DNA of 64,000 nt from Candidatus Cloacimonadota bacterium (GCA_049903315.1 JBNGBT010000006.1:64001-128000); one strand, 5' to 3'. Positions 39,708-50,627 are shown, counted from the first letter of the stretch. Notes: generated from the letters alone by a model not told the origin. Made by a program: numbers and translations.

Positions 39708-42184
39708 TAGTTATGTTCCTTCTTTTTTCTATTTAGAATTGTCACCAAAGCTACAGCAATAAGACAGGCGAATGCAAAAATATGTGCAATGAGTGAAATC
39801 TTATAATACTTCAAGAATGTTTGTGGGCTGAACTCAAAAACAACTTCGTGTTCACCGGACTTATCAATATAGATCGAGCGTAAAATATGATTTGTTTTGT
39901 ATATTGGGACTTCTGTGCCATCGACGTAAGCTTTCCATCCACCTTTTGCGGGATAGTAGATTTCGGATACGACAAAGAGTGAGGGTTTATCAGTGTAAAT
40001 ATCATATTTCATCGTGTTGAATGAAGGAGTTGTTCGCACGTAGAATGAATCAGGTTTTTCGATCGTCAGTTCGAACTGTTCTTCAAGAATTGCTGTTTGA
40101 TACGAATCGAAATTGGGATCATTTAATTTGGCAAACCGGGCATCTTTGTCTGTAATTGTGATGACATCGCCGACAAACCATGCAGGTTGGGGATCGTACT
40201 TTGCCTTATAGACGAGGAGTTTGTTTTGCTGGTCATAATAAAATGGCTCAAGGTTGTCCTGCGGAAGTTGAGAGGATGAGATCACATACTTTGTATTCAG
40301 CATTTTCAGGATATTCCAGTTTACTGGAACCTGTGGATCAGCACCCTTGAAAATACAGTTTTCCACAATATCCTGATAGATGCGCAGTTTCGCTGCATTA
40401 TAGCCACCGATAGAATTGTGGTAATATGACCAGTCATTGTTATTGAAAGGATTTTCAGTTATCGGGAATACGCGATAGTAGGAGGTGTCTTTGAGGATCG
40501 CCTTATTGGCAGGTTTCAGTTTGAAATGCTGTTTTTCAAGTTTGACCGGATCGTAAAGATCTCCCTCAGCTTTTTTTACATAAGGAATGAGATCAATAAA
40601 GAGTATGATAATTACAGCACCGATGAAAATATATTTTTTGATCGTTTTATTAACGAAAAGTAAGATAAGTGCTGCAGTTAAGACAGTAAATATTATCATT
40701 CGTAAAGCATCGGTTTGGAGCATTTCAAGCCGGACCTGTTTGATCATGGTTAAAACCTGTGGGTCAAACTGGGATGCATCTGATGATTTTTCAAGTGGAA
40801 ATGAAGATCCAAATATAAGAACTATCAATCCAATAAGAACGAGTGCTCCCCCAACGCCAAATACAATATTTTGAACCCTTTTCACCTTTTCTTTTGTGAT
40901 TTCAAGGATGTATCTCAGTCCGAAAGCAGCCCATATCACAAGGATAAATTGCATCACTACTAATATCATTGAGGGGACTCGGAATTTGTTGAAGAATGGG
41001 ATATGCTGGAAGAAGAGTGAGTAAAGGAATGGCAGATGCCGTCCAAAAGATAAAAATAGCGATAAGAGGAACAGTGCAAATGTTATCTTTATAAATCCTT
41101 TTTTGAAAGACAGGATTAATCCTATTATTGAGAAGAAAATTAAGACCACACCAAAATAATCATATGCCTGGGTGAAAGGCATATGTCCCCAGTATGTGGG
41201 AAGTTTTTTATTATGCCATTGCTCTACTTTTGTGCCTGTATACAGTTCATTTGAAGTTCCGCCATAGAATCGAGGTATGACAAATGTGAGCAGTTCTGCG
41301 GGATGCATAGACCACCCGGTTGCATAATCCATATCCAGTCCCGTAGATTCTTCTTCGCCTGTTCCGCCGCGAATTGAGTAGGGAGTATATTCATTTGTCA
41401 CAAAGAGAGGTTGCGCTACCATTGCAGTGATGAGCAGAGAACCTCCGATAATGAGTACAATTTTGAGAAGGAACCTCTTTGTTTCTTTGTTTATGAGCAT
41501 TGTGACGAGATAATATATTCCTACAAAAAGCAGGATCATGATCTGGTAGAATATGATTTGATAATGCTGAGTTCTGATTTGAATAGAAAAGGCAAAGATA
41601 AATCCGAAGAACCAGAGAAGGTTTTTCTTGTTCAGGAAACTCAAAAAGAAGAACGTGACCATCGGCATGTACATGATGGGCCTAAATTTCGCAAAATGTC
41701 CAATATTCAGCAATGACATGAAGTGCGGAATAAAGATAAAGCCCAGTCCTCCGAAAATTGATTCCCAAAATCCCAATTTAAAGAATCTCAACAGATAAAA
41801 CATCCCGATAAAACCGATGAGGTAGAGCCAGATGTAAGAATATACTACTTTATCTAAAATATCATGAATTATTTTGTCCAAGGAAAACACTAAAGCTCTT
41901 TTTCTATGATAAACCGGCATACCTGAGAAAACGGGGGAATTCCAATATACTTCTTCATCATTCTCAGCCTGAAATTTCTTCATCTGGTGTGTGGATCCCT
42001 GCGAACCTATAACATCGACGCCACCTGGACGAAGATTCTGAAATGCCATGGGACTGAAAACGATGAGAAGTATGACAAATACTCCCAGGAAGACAATAAT
42101 ATTTCTTTGATTTGATAAAATTCTTAAACCTTGTTTTTTGTTTAAGGATTTGTTTTCAGGCAGGAGTTCTTTCTTTTTATTCAT
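39707..42184 (-). CDS. YfhO-like polytopic membrane protein (GT-C-like)
   Basis: WNSPVFSGMP, YSIRG, FNKFRVPSM, IGGYNAAKL, SEIYYP..GWKAYVDG. Confidence 0.8.
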   Translation of the reverse strand: MNKKKELLPENKSLNKKQGLRILSNQRNIIVFLGVFVILLIVFSPMAFQNLRPGGVDVIGSQGSTHQMKKFQAENDEEVYWNSPVFSGMPVYHRKRALVFSLDKIIHDILDKVVYSYIWLYLIGFIGMFYLLRFFKLGFWESIFGGLGFIFIPHFMSLLNIGHFAKFRPIMYMPMVTFFFLSFLNKKNLLWFFGFIFAFSIQIRTQHYQIIFYQIMILLFVGIYYLVTMLINKETKRFLLKIVLIIGGSLLITAMVAQPLFVTNEYTPYSIRGGTGEEESTGLDMDYATGWSMHPAELLTFVIPRFYGGTSNELYTGTKVEQWHNKKLPTYWGHMPFTQAYDYFGVVLIFFSIIGLILSFKKGFIKITFALFLLSLFLSFGRHLPFLYSLFFQHIPFFNKFRVPSMILVVMQFILVIWAAFGLRYILEITKEKVKRVQNIVFGVGGALVLIGLIVLIFGSSFPLEKSSDASQFDPQVLTMIKQVRLEMLQTDALRMIIFTVLTAALILLFVNKTIKKYIFIGAVIIILFIDLIPYVKKAEGDLYDPVKLEKQHFKLKPANKAILKDTSYYRVFPITENPFNNNDWSYYHNSIGGYNAAKLRIYQDIVENCIFKGADPQVPVNWNILKMLNTKYVISSSQLPQDNLEPFYYDQQNKLLVYKAKYDPQPAWFVGDVITITDKDARFAKLNDPNFDSYQTAILEEQFELTIEKPDSFYVRTTPSFNTMKYDIYTDKPSLFVVSEIYYPAKGGWKAYVDGTEVPIYKTNHILRSIYIDKSGEHEVVFEFSPQTFLKYYKISLIAHIFAFACLIAVALVTILNRKKKEHN

Positions 42185-43676
42185 GAGGATATTCCTTGTT
42201 TTTATGTTTATGGTTCTTTATGTTTCTCCATTTTTTCAGAGAACCTCTGATTCTTCTAATTTCAGCAGGTTCAAAAAAATTAAATAAATACAAAATAAGA
42301 GGAAAAGATGAGATGAAGAAAATTTTTATCAAGATTCTCACAATGATTGTAAGGCTATTAATTAATGAAGACAAGAGAATTAATACAACCCATAATGCGA
42401 TGAGGAGTGCAAGTTTCTTGTTTTCATATGGAATTTTATATTGTTTCTGTGCTGCTCGGTAACTCAAAAAATAAAGTACGATAAATGAAATAATAGTTGC
42501 ATAGGCTGCACCAAGCATGTGATATTTGGGGATAAGTAAGAAGTTGAGAATAATATTTAATACAGCCGCAAATATAGTATTTAAAGCAATCGAAGATGTT
42601 TTATGTGTAATATATAAACCAATATTTACTACAGTACGGGCTCCGCTAAATAATAATCCAAAAATAATGTATGGTACAATTGTATATGCGAGCCAATAAT
42701 CTGGATTCAAGGCAAGGGTTTTAATTAATTCCTTGCCAATGATCGCTAAGCCTAATCCTGCCCAGGTTAGTACAAACATAGAATAGGTAAGCATCTTACT
42801 GTAAAATCTTTTGTCACCCTTTTTCTGATACATAGAATATGCGATTGGTTGTAATCCCAGTTGAAAAGACTGAATAAGAAAAATGGTCAATACACTCGCG
42901 ACTTTGTATCCAAGATTATATAGACCAACTTCTCTATAATTTCCTAAGAATTTCAGTATATATCTATCCCCCATATTAAGGAGCATGCCCGCAAGAGCTG
43001 AGAAAATTAAAGGGAATCCAAATATTAATGATTTCTTAAGTATATTTAGATCGATTTCAAATTTGATAGAAGAAATAATTTGTGGAAGAAGAATGATAAG
43101 TAATACAGTTTCTCCTATGATATAAGAATAGAGAATTCCTTTAACACCAATTCTTAAAAACGCCACAAAATATACGTTAAATCCTAGCGTACAGACTAAC
43201 TTTGATATATTGCTTAAAGCAAACAGTAATGCTTTTCCTCTTGCTCTAAATGATGAAAGAAATAATTTATTTATTAAACGAAGTGCTATTATTATAAGGG
43301 ATAAATGAATGTATAATTGGAATGTTTTTGGATTATAAAACAACCTAGAGATATTTTCTGCAAAAACATGCCCAAATAGGTTTATTAGAAGCACGAGACC
43401 GAATAAAAATAAAAAAAGGGTAAAGAGAGGATCTCTTTTATTGCTTTTATTTTCTTCTTTACAATAAAATCTTATATATGCTTGATGTTGGCCGAACATC
43501 AGCACTTGAGTAAGAATTAAAATGGAAATTTCAAGTATTCCAAGAATACCATAATCAGATACAGAAATATGAGCAGTATAGAGAGGGAGAAGAATGATAC
43601 CTATAATTTTTGTAGTGATATTTCCAATACTATAAATTGCAGTATTTTTGAAAGCAAGTTTTATCTTTTCAAACAT
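42177..43676 (-). CDS. wzx: Oligosaccharide flippase (Wzx-like)
   Basis: Multi-TM MOP family; LLPLYT, FGFPL, DRYIL, VGLYNLGYK. Confidence 0.85.
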   Translation of the reverse strand: MFEKIKLAFKNTAIYSIGNITTKIIGIILLPLYTAHISVSDYGILGILEISILILTQVLMFGQHQAYIRFYCKEENKSNKRDPLFTLFLFLFGLVLLINLFGHVFAENISRLFYNPKTFQLYIHLSLIIIALRLINKLFLSSFRARGKALLFALSNISKLVCTLGFNVYFVAFLRIGVKGILYSYIIGETVLLIILLPQIISSIKFEIDLNILKKSLIFGFPLIFSALAGMLLNMGDRYILKFLGNYREVGLYNLGYKVASVLTIFLIQSFQLGLQPIAYSMYQKKGDKRFYSKMLTYSMFVLTWAGLGLAIIGKELIKTLALNPDYWLAYTIVPYIIFGLLFSGARTVVNIGLYITHKTSSIALNTIFAAVLNIILNFLLIPKYHMLGAAYATIISFIVLYFLSYRAAQKQYKIPYENKKLALLIALWVVLILLSSLINSLTIIVRILIKIFFISSFPLILYLFNFFEPAEIRRIRGSLKKWRNIKNHKHKNKEYPHE

Positions 43677-43688
43677 TTGGAAATACTA

Positions 43689-44363
43689 TTATTTAGAATG
43701 ATTTCCTATCATACAGATAAGTGTTTTTATGATCCAGATAATTTCAACAATCCCGAAACCATATATTACCCAGAGGGGTTTGTTAATAAAGAGTAACGGC
43801 ACTGCATATAAATGATAGCGAGAAATTTCAAAATATACATTTGCGATAAATGTATTGTGTTGCTCTAATATTTTTTTTGTAGGATATTTCTTTTTTGCTC
43901 CAGTTATAAGACGGTGTGACGAGTATACAAACAACAAGAAAACAACGACACATATCCAGAAACCTTGAGGGTAAACTCTGTATGTTATTGATGCTATTAA
44001 AAGTAATGTACTTATTTTACCAACAACCTCATCCCACCATTTCCCCTTTTTTGACGTCATTGATTTTCTTCGTGCAAGTGTGCCATCAACGACGTCCCAC
44101 ATAAGTCGTAGATTATAAAATATAGCTCCAACAAATAAACCCCAGTAACTTTTTATAAATATAATCGATAACGCCATTAAAATTCCAAAAAACAAGGATA
44201 TCGTCGTTGCAGCGTTTGGAGTAAGTGATGTGTTTTCAAAGAATGCTACGATTAAATTTGCTCCGGGTATAACAAAGAGTTTAGAATAAATGGCTCGTTG
44301 GGCACTTGTTTTTTTACTAAAATCTCTTATATTTTTATATTTAACCAATAAGCTTTTTTTCAT
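43689..44363 (-). CDS. CDP-alcohol phosphatidyltransferase family protein
   Basis: LTPNAAT and WDVVDGTLARRKSMTSKKGKWWD signature. Confidence 0.85.
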   Translation of the reverse strand: MKKSLLVKYKNIRDFSKKTSAQRAIYSKLFVIPGANLIVAFFENTSLTPNAATTISLFFGILMALSIIFIKSYWGLFVGAIFYNLRLMWDVVDGTLARRKSMTSKKGKWWDEVVGKISTLLLIASITYRVYPQGFWICVVVFLLFVYSSHRLITGAKKKYPTKKILEQHNTFIANVYFEISRYHLYAVPLLFINKPLWVIYGFGIVEIIWIIKTLICMIGNHSK

Positions 44364-44370
44364 ATTTTCC

Positions 44371-45375
44371 TTAATTCTTCAAAAACTTGTGTGCGATCTG
44401 ATTTTTTTTCTTATTCCACATACGAATTTTCTTTTCTTTCAAGCTTTTGGATTGAGTTTTATAATATTCTAAATTTTTAATCATACTATTAATACCCGAC
44501 GTAATAGATTTAGGATTATTCGATACGTAAATTGCTTTGTCTTTATAATAATCCTTTAAAGTTCTTTTGTCAGATGTTATAAGTGGTTTGCAGAATGCCA
44601 GAGCTTCATAACCTCCCGAAAGAAGAGTGTAGTCTCGAATTGTGAGAACTACTATGAAGTCCACAGAAGAAAGTAAATAAATATAATCAGCATCACTAAG
44701 AAATCCAGTCAAAATTATATTATTTTTTAATAATTCTTCTTTTTGGAGTTGTTTTTTTTTATAATTCCCCGTTATATAAAATGTTACATCTTTGATATTT
44801 TGAGTCGCTTCAATGAATTCATTAAAAGGTTCATCCTCTGAAAACCTACAAATAAAAACCGAAGAAAAGCGTTTCTTTTTATGAAGATTTAAGACAGTAG
44901 ATTGTTTTAAATAAGGAGTATGAAATGTGGGGATTGGATCTTCGAGAACAAATAAATTTGATTTCAGCCCAGGCATGAAATTAATAAGAAGGTCAGAGGA
45001 ATTCTTATTATGCACTAAAACAATATCAGCTTGTGTCCAGAGAAATCGGTTTAATATATTATATGGAAAACGATTATAGTCCATATATGCTGCAGTGTGA
45101 AGATCTGCTACTAATGTGCAGGGGAAAAATAACTTGTAGAAATATCCCACAAGTGTAATCATAGGGTGCGCATGAAAAGTGAAAACAATATCCGGTTTAA
45201 CTTTTATTAGTTTATTAAATGTGAGAATCGAGTTCCTTAGCAATCTGAGTGAAGTGAGGAGTGAATTTGCTTCAACTCTATCAAGGCGATAATATTCTGC
45301 ATCGAATTCCCTTGAAAGCTGCTCACTTCTTCGGGATATCCTTGTCCACGCAATAAATATTCTTTTTGAACTCAT
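44371..45375 (-). CDS. Glycosyltransferase (GT4-like, GT-B fold)
   Basis: DLHT, FSEDEP, LTGFL, GGYEALAFCKPLITSD. Confidence 0.75.
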   Translation of the reverse strand: MSSKRIFIAWTRISRRSEQLSREFDAEYYRLDRVEANSLLTSLRLLRNSILTFNKLIKVKPDIVFTFHAHPMITLVGYFYKLFFPCTLVADLHTAAYMDYNRFPYNILNRFLWTQADIVLVHNKNSSDLLINFMPGLKSNLFVLEDPIPTFHTPYLKQSTVLNLHKKKRFSSVFICRFSEDEPFNEFIEATQNIKDVTFYITGNYKKKQLQKEELLKNNIILTGFLSDADYIYLLSSVDFIVVLTIRDYTLLSGGYEALAFCKPLITSDKRTLKDYYKDKAIYVSNNPKSITSGINSMIKNLEYYKTQSKSLKEKKIRMWNKKKNQIAHKFLKN

Positions 45376-45409
45376 GACATATTATATGTTTTCTGCTACG
45401 GATTTCGCA

Positions 45410-46453
45410 TTATTTTTGTGAATCGAGATGATCGTAATTGGTTCTGATTGGTTTCATCGAATACATCTGATTTGCATTGAACCATTTATAATGTTCGCGA
45501 ACTGCATCAATACATTGAATTTCAGTATAGAGGGGAGTGTAGTTAAAATGCATCATCTCATTCCTGAAATAATATTCTAAGAGCTGTATCTCGTATTCCG
45601 GCAAATTTTTATATATTCCAACCCTTTCATTACTCACAGAACTGTACTGAATATTAGAAAGGCTGTTTCCTTTCCAGGTAATTTTACAAAAACTTGGTTC
45701 AGGATACAGTTTTTCGTAGTCTATCTCAAGAAAATGGCAAGCATGCTTTAGCACCTTTGATGGATTGCTCACCATATCTTCATATCGGATAACAAGATAT
45801 TTCTTATTGCCGAATATTTTTAGATTATCAATTGCCATCTTCTGAGAAATAAAATTTCTGTCGATAACACTTCTCAGTAGACGATCCATGGAGTCGTATT
45901 GAGTATGATAGTGTTTATCCCAACCTTTTTTAATAACTGCCCAATTATCTCTGGGATCTCGTATTACATGGATATATTTTGCCTTTGGGTACATTTTAAA
46001 AATTTTATTAACAAATATTTCGGATCCCGTACACTTTTCTATCCACATTTTATGTCTGCTATAGTTTGGATCAGGCAATATTTCTCTGGCACTGTAAATT
46101 ATAGATTCCAGGAAATCCTTAACAGTCGCGTTTGTGGAATCTATCATGCGCGAAAAGATCGTATTAAGTTCACTGTAGGAATATTTCAGATCTTTCTCGT
46201 CCAACTTCATCCATTTTTTTATTGTTTGTTTTAAACTGAGAAAAACATAATCAACAACTCTTTGTTTCTGCTCTTCATAAGAAATGTCATCTTGAAAATA
46301 TACCGGATAGAAGGCATACCAGAAATGAGTTTCATAAGGGTAAACAAACAGATCTGGATGCCCATCTAATAAAGCTATCAGAAGAGTTGTGCCATTTTTT
46401 CTGTGCCCTCCAACAAAAATACCATTCTCTCTAATTTTTCCCCATGTCGTCAT
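45410..46453 (-). CDS. Sulfotransferase
   Basis: PAPS-binding GHRKNGTTLL, HVIRDPRD, VIRYEDMV. Confidence 0.85.
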   Translation of the reverse strand: MTTWGKIRENGIFVGGHRKNGTTLLIALLDGHPDLFVYPYETHFWYAFYPVYFQDDISYEEQKQRVVDYVFLSLKQTIKKWMKLDEKDLKYSYSELNTIFSRMIDSTNATVKDFLESIIYSAREILPDPNYSRHKMWIEKCTGSEIFVNKIFKMYPKAKYIHVIRDPRDNWAVIKKGWDKHYHTQYDSMDRLLRSVIDRNFISQKMAIDNLKIFGNKKYLVIRYEDMVSNPSKVLKHACHFLEIDYEKLYPEPSFCKITWKGNSLSNIQYSSVSNERVGIYKNLPEYEIQLLEYYFRNEMMHFNYTPLYTEIQCIDAVREHYKWFNANQMYSMKPIRTNYDHLDSQK

Positions 46454-48306
46454 ACTAAATCCTTTAACGCGTATACAAGTTCTTTGTTTTCGTCGGGTTT
46501 TCTTATTGAAATTCGCACAAAAGAATCATTAAGGGAGGTTTTGTTGGAGCAGTCTTTGATAAGAATATTGTACTTCGTATACAGTTTTATTTTCAATTCT
46601 CTACTTGTAATATGAGGGGGTAATTTACAGAATAGATAATTTGCTTTTCCATCAATGACCTTTATATCTGGTACTTCCTTTAGTAACTCGATGAGTTGTT
46701 CACGATCACTTATGATCTGAGCTACTGAACGATTATACAATTTTTGATAACGTGGGAACAACTCCAAGAACCGTTCAGCTAATGAATTGATGTTCCATAT
46801 AGGAAGTTCTTTTCTGATTTTCTTTTTTATAACTTCATTAGTTGTTAACACATATCCAAGCCGAAGACCTGGAATCCCAAACTCTTTACTCAAGCTTCTT
46901 ATCACAATAAGGTTAGGATATTGGTTTACGATTGCTTGCACGGAAGTGGCTTCTCTCTCGCCAGTAAAGTCAATAAAAGATTCATCAATAATGATACCAT
47001 CAAGATGTCTACACTTTTCTAATATCGCAATGATCTGCTCTTTTTTGGTAACAGTTGATGTGGGATTGTTAGGATTGATTATCAACGCAAAATTGCTTTT
47101 CGATTTAATTATAGATTCGATAAACTCATCTTCATCAAGAAGAAAATTATTATTTTCAGACAATAGGACGTAATTTATTTTCTTCTTTTCAAGATTTTCA
47201 TATTCATTGAAACTCGGTACCGGGATTGTTATTTTCTGTATGAGATTTTTATTTATAATGTTGATTAACTCAGATGCACCGTTTCCTACAATAAGGTTAT
47301 CTTTTGAGAATCCGTCTTCAAAATACCACTGAGATAAGAGACTTGCAATTTTGTGCTGGGCTGAGGGATAGTTATTGATGAGTATTGGCAATTCATATGA
47401 TAACTTAGTATAGAAGTCCTGAGGAGGGAAATAGAGATTGAAAAGGTAGCAAAAATCCTTGCAATCATACCGCCAGTGTCCTCCGTAGAGCCCATAAAGC
47501 CAATCGACTCTTTCCTCTCCCTTCGAGAAATGGTATGTTGCCATGTCAAGATCATCTTCTGTATCAACTTCATACCATGTGTCCCTTTCAACTATGTGTC
47601 CGTAAATATTTGGTGTTTTCTGATAAATGAGAGTTCCCAGCACAAGTTCATAATAATCTGTTACTCCGTGAGTTTTGATATACATTTCTAAGTTTGGTTT
47701 GAAATATAAAGAAAAAAACTCTTTAGTGAAGTAGTATATATTGACCGTTTTATACTTATCGGAAAACTCAAAATGGAAATCCTGTTCGCTGCTTGGTATA
47801 AGTCTTTTAATCGTGTTAAATTTTGGGTCCATTTCTATAATGGCACCAGACATCATCTTTTTACCTTTTTCATCGATTTCGACCACGGTGCCGGACATGC
47901 TTGAATGGTATTTTGAAAGGTAAGCAATATTTTTATCTCCATTATCAAAAATGAATTGTAAAATGTCATTTTCAAAATATATGTCACCTTCCATCAATAT
48001 GAAATCATCATCAATTTTATCAGTGGCAAGCCAAAGTGATTGGATGTTATTCGTCGTGTTCCATTCAGGATTATCAACATATTCGATCTTAATACCTTCG
48101 TATTGTTCACCGAAAGCATCAATAATGAGATCTTTTTTATATCCAACAACAATGATAATTTTATTAATTTCTTCGTGGGCAATGAGTGCATTGATTGAGT
48201 TTTCAAGAAACGAAGTTCCACATACTTTGACGAGAGATTTTGGCACTTCATCTGTAAGAGGCCTTAAACGACTTCCTCTTCCTGCTGCGAGTATAACTGC
48301 TTGCAT
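46450..48306 (-). CDS. Bifunctional LicC-like nucleotidyltransferase / class I-II PLP enzyme (CobD/HisC-like)
   Basis: N-terminal ILAAGRGSRL...PKSL, TNNIQSL, EGD, WYEVD; C-terminal GNGASE, NPNNPT, DESF, RSLSKEFGIPGLRLGY. Confidence 0.85.
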   Translation of the reverse strand: MQAVILAAGRGSRLRPLTDEVPKSLVKVCGTSFLENSINALIAHEEINKIIIVVGYKKDLIIDAFGEQYEGIKIEYVDNPEWNTTNNIQSLWLATDKIDDDFILMEGDIYFENDILQFIFDNGDKNIAYLSKYHSSMSGTVVEIDEKGKKMMSGAIIEMDPKFNTIKRLIPSSEQDFHFEFSDKYKTVNIYYFTKEFFSLYFKPNLEMYIKTHGVTDYYELVLGTLIYQKTPNIYGHIVERDTWYEVDTEDDLDMATYHFSKGEERVDWLYGLYGGHWRYDCKDFCYLFNLYFPPQDFYTKLSYELPILINNYPSAQHKIASLLSQWYFEDGFSKDNLIVGNGASELINIINKNLIQKITIPVPSFNEYENLEKKKINYVLLSENNNFLLDEDEFIESIIKSKSNFALIINPNNPTSTVTKKEQIIAILEKCRHLDGIIIDESFIDFTGEREATSVQAIVNQYPNLIVIRSLSKEFGIPGLRLGYVLTTNEVIKKKIRKELPIWNINSLAERFLELFPRYQKLYNRSVAQIISDREQLIELLKEVPDIKVIDGKANYLFCKLPPHITSRELKIKLYTKYNILIKDCSNKTSLNDSFVRISIRKPDENKELVYALKDLV

Positions 48307-48449
48307 TATTCTGTTATCTCCTTTGAGTTGAATGTAAACTTAATGGCTGGTTTTTCATCGTTTTCAATGACTGAGGAATGCAGTTTTAACCTTACTGTGA
48401 GTTGACAATAGCCGATCATGTTTAGTACTTTCTTCATGCAAAATGAAAT

Positions 48450-48923
48450 TTATTTATTTGTGGTAATCACTGTTTTCATGAATTCATCTAATCCAATATC
48501 GGGAACATTTTCTGCTATAAGAGAGAGTACGATGAGTATCTTATCAATACCTCGAGGGATGAATAATGTTTTTGATTTGCCATCCTGCTCATAGGTAAGA
48601 ATAATTGATTTGCCTGCCTTTATATTAAATTCAATTTTTTTTATTTGCACAAATTGTATCTCAACATCCTTGAGGAGGAGCGGTTTAAAAATTACTGATG
48701 AATCTGTGAATCGGATAGAGTTGATAGTAAAGAGGTTCTTGTAAAACACATTCACCACAAGGAGGAGCACCACAAAAGGAACTGCTTTTTTATACCATTT
48801 ATCAAGTGTGGAAAATTCCTGTGTGATGAAATATATTGCCCATACAAGCGCGAGGAGTGCGACGATCAATGAGAGCCATCGCAAGAAAGGAGGAAAACGG
48901 AAGACGAGGTTTTTATTTTTCAT
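48450..48923 (-). CDS. Hypothetical membrane protein (2 TM plus soluble C-terminus)
   Basis: Coupled to manC; two hydrophobic segments. Confidence 0.6.
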   Translation of the reverse strand: MKNKNLVFRFPPFLRWLSLIVALLALVWAIYFITQEFSTLDKWYKKAVPFVVLLLVVNVFYKNLFTINSIRFTDSSVIFKPLLLKDVEIQFVQIKKIEFNIKAGKSIILTYEQDGKSKTLFIPRGIDKILIVLSLIAENVPDIGLDEFMKTVITTNK

Positions 48924-49980
48924 AATTTTGTTCTTTTCCAATTATTTCCACGATTTTTTTGACGTCCTGAGACTTTTTTTTCTTGCATACAAGCAAAGCA
49001 TCTTTCGTCTCAACGACAATCAAATTATCCACATCGATGAGTGCAACTCTCTTCCGTGGATTGTCCGAATAAACATAGGAATTATGAGATTCTACGTTCA
49101 TAACAGGCACATCAAAGCAATTACCATCTTTATCTTTCTCTTTCATCTCATCAAGTGTTTCCCAACTTCCGATGTCGTTCCAGTCAATGTTGATGGGAAC
49201 AACTACAGCGTTGTCTGCTTTTTCCATAATGCCGATATCAACAGGAACCGATTTCAGCTCAGAATAGAGTTTGCTAACTTTCCCCATATCAGAATCCCAT
49301 GAATTTTTTATTTTATTCAATGATGAAAAGAGTGACGGCATATACGCTTTAGTCGCATCAATGATCGAGTCTATCCGCCACAAGAACATGCCGCTGTTCC
49401 ATGCAAAGGTGCCCGATTTTACGAATTGTTCAGCTGTTTCTGCATCAGGTTTTTCTTTGAACTGCTTCACTGTAAAAATTGGAATAGGATCTTTTTTAAT
49501 TTCATTTCCAAATTCAATATATCCGTATCCGGTAGCAGGATATGTCGGTTGAATTCCAAAGGTGAGAAGTTTTTTGTGTTCTTTTACAAATTCATCAGCC
49601 TGGGCAATTATTTTTCTGAAACGTTCCGGTTTGCCAATGTAATGATCTGCAGGCAGTACAAGCATAGTTTCATCTTTTTCGTACTTATCTTGTAAGAGTA
49701 CAGCAGAAAGTCCGATGCATGCAGCAGTATTTCTGCCCATGGGCTCAGCAATGATATTTTCTTCCGGCAGTTCAGGAAGATGTTCCATTACCAATCCGAT
49801 CTGGCTCTCATTTGTCACTATATAAATATCCCGATATTCGGCAAGCGGAAGAACTCGGTCGACTGTTTGCTGTATCATTGAGCGTTTGCCGAGAATGTGC
49901 AAAAACTGTTTCGGTGTTTCCTTTGTGCTGAGAGGCCAGAACCGGGTGCCGATCCCGCCAGCCATTATTACAATTATCAT
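48913..49980 (-). CDS. manC: Mannose-1-phosphate guanylyltransferase
   Basis: MAGGIGTRFWPLS...PKQFL, EPMGRNTA, PADH, TGYGYI, FKEKP, WNSGMF, WNDIGSW. Confidence 0.92.
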   Translation of the reverse strand: MIIVIMAGGIGTRFWPLSTKETPKQFLHILGKRSMIQQTVDRVLPLAEYRDIYIVTNESQIGLVMEHLPELPEENIIAEPMGRNTAACIGLSAVLLQDKYEKDETMLVLPADHYIGKPERFRKIIAQADEFVKEHKKLLTFGIQPTYPATGYGYIEFGNEIKKDPIPIFTVKQFKEKPDAETAEQFVKSGTFAWNSGMFLWRIDSIIDATKAYMPSLFSSLNKIKNSWDSDMGKVSKLYSELKSVPVDIGIMEKADNAVVVPINIDWNDIGSWETLDEMKEKDKDGNCFDVPVMNVESHNSYVYSDNPRKRVALIDVDNLIVVETKDALLVCKKKKSQDVKKIVEIIGKEQNYEK

Positions 49981-49991
49981 AACATTACCTG

Positions 49992-50627
49992 CTATTTTTG
50001 CTGTGTTGTTCTCTGGTCGATAACGGAAACATTCTCGGGAATTTCCAGCGTAAAAACTCTGTCAGAAAGCTCTTCATTGATAACCTTATTGGTGAATTTA
50101 AAGCCGACTTCATTGTCATAGTTGTCCATATATTCGATCACTTCGATAAGGGAGTCCTGGTTGGAAAATTGGATCACAAGCTCGGAGAAGTCGCTCATGA
50201 CCTCGGTTGGTTTAAATGAAAAAATAGTAACATTTCTGTATACATCTGTTGCCTGCAGTTCACAATAATAAATATATTCTTTGGCGAGCAGTTCCGGATT
50301 CATAAAATTTTGCCAGTAACTCCAGTCTTGAATGATAAGTTGTTTTTTTTCTGGAAAATAGAATCTCAGATCATATTCCGAACCGAGCATTGTCTGCTGT
50401 TCGGGATAGTAAAACTCGAGCTTAATTTTATCTTCTTTGGTGAAGAGATTGCCATACGTGAAATGCTCGATGTCGCTATCTGGCCAGTAGTTTCTCTGCT
50501 CAAAGTTTGCTTTAAAGGTCGTTATCTCTTCGTTTTTCTTCAGGAATTTATGGAGTAATTTTTCATTTGCAAAAAGGGCATTGCATACAAGGATCATAAT
50601 AAAGAACAGAGCAAAATATTTTTTCAT
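49992..50627 (-). CDS. LolA-like outer-membrane lipoprotein carrier
   Basis: Signal peptide; FKANFEQ; C-terminal FTLEIPENVSVID; directly after ftsK, the usual ftsK-lolA order. Confidence 0.75.
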   Translation of the reverse strand: MKKYFALFFIMILVCNALFANEKLLHKFLKKNEEITTFKANFEQRNYWPDSDIEHFTYGNLFTKEDKIKLEFYYPEQQTMLGSEYDLRFYFPEKKQLIIQDWSYWQNFMNPELLAKEYIYYCELQATDVYRNVTIFSFKPTEVMSDFSELVIQFSNQDSLIEVIEYMDNYDNEVGFKFTNKVINEELSDRVFTLEIPENVSVIDQRTTQQK

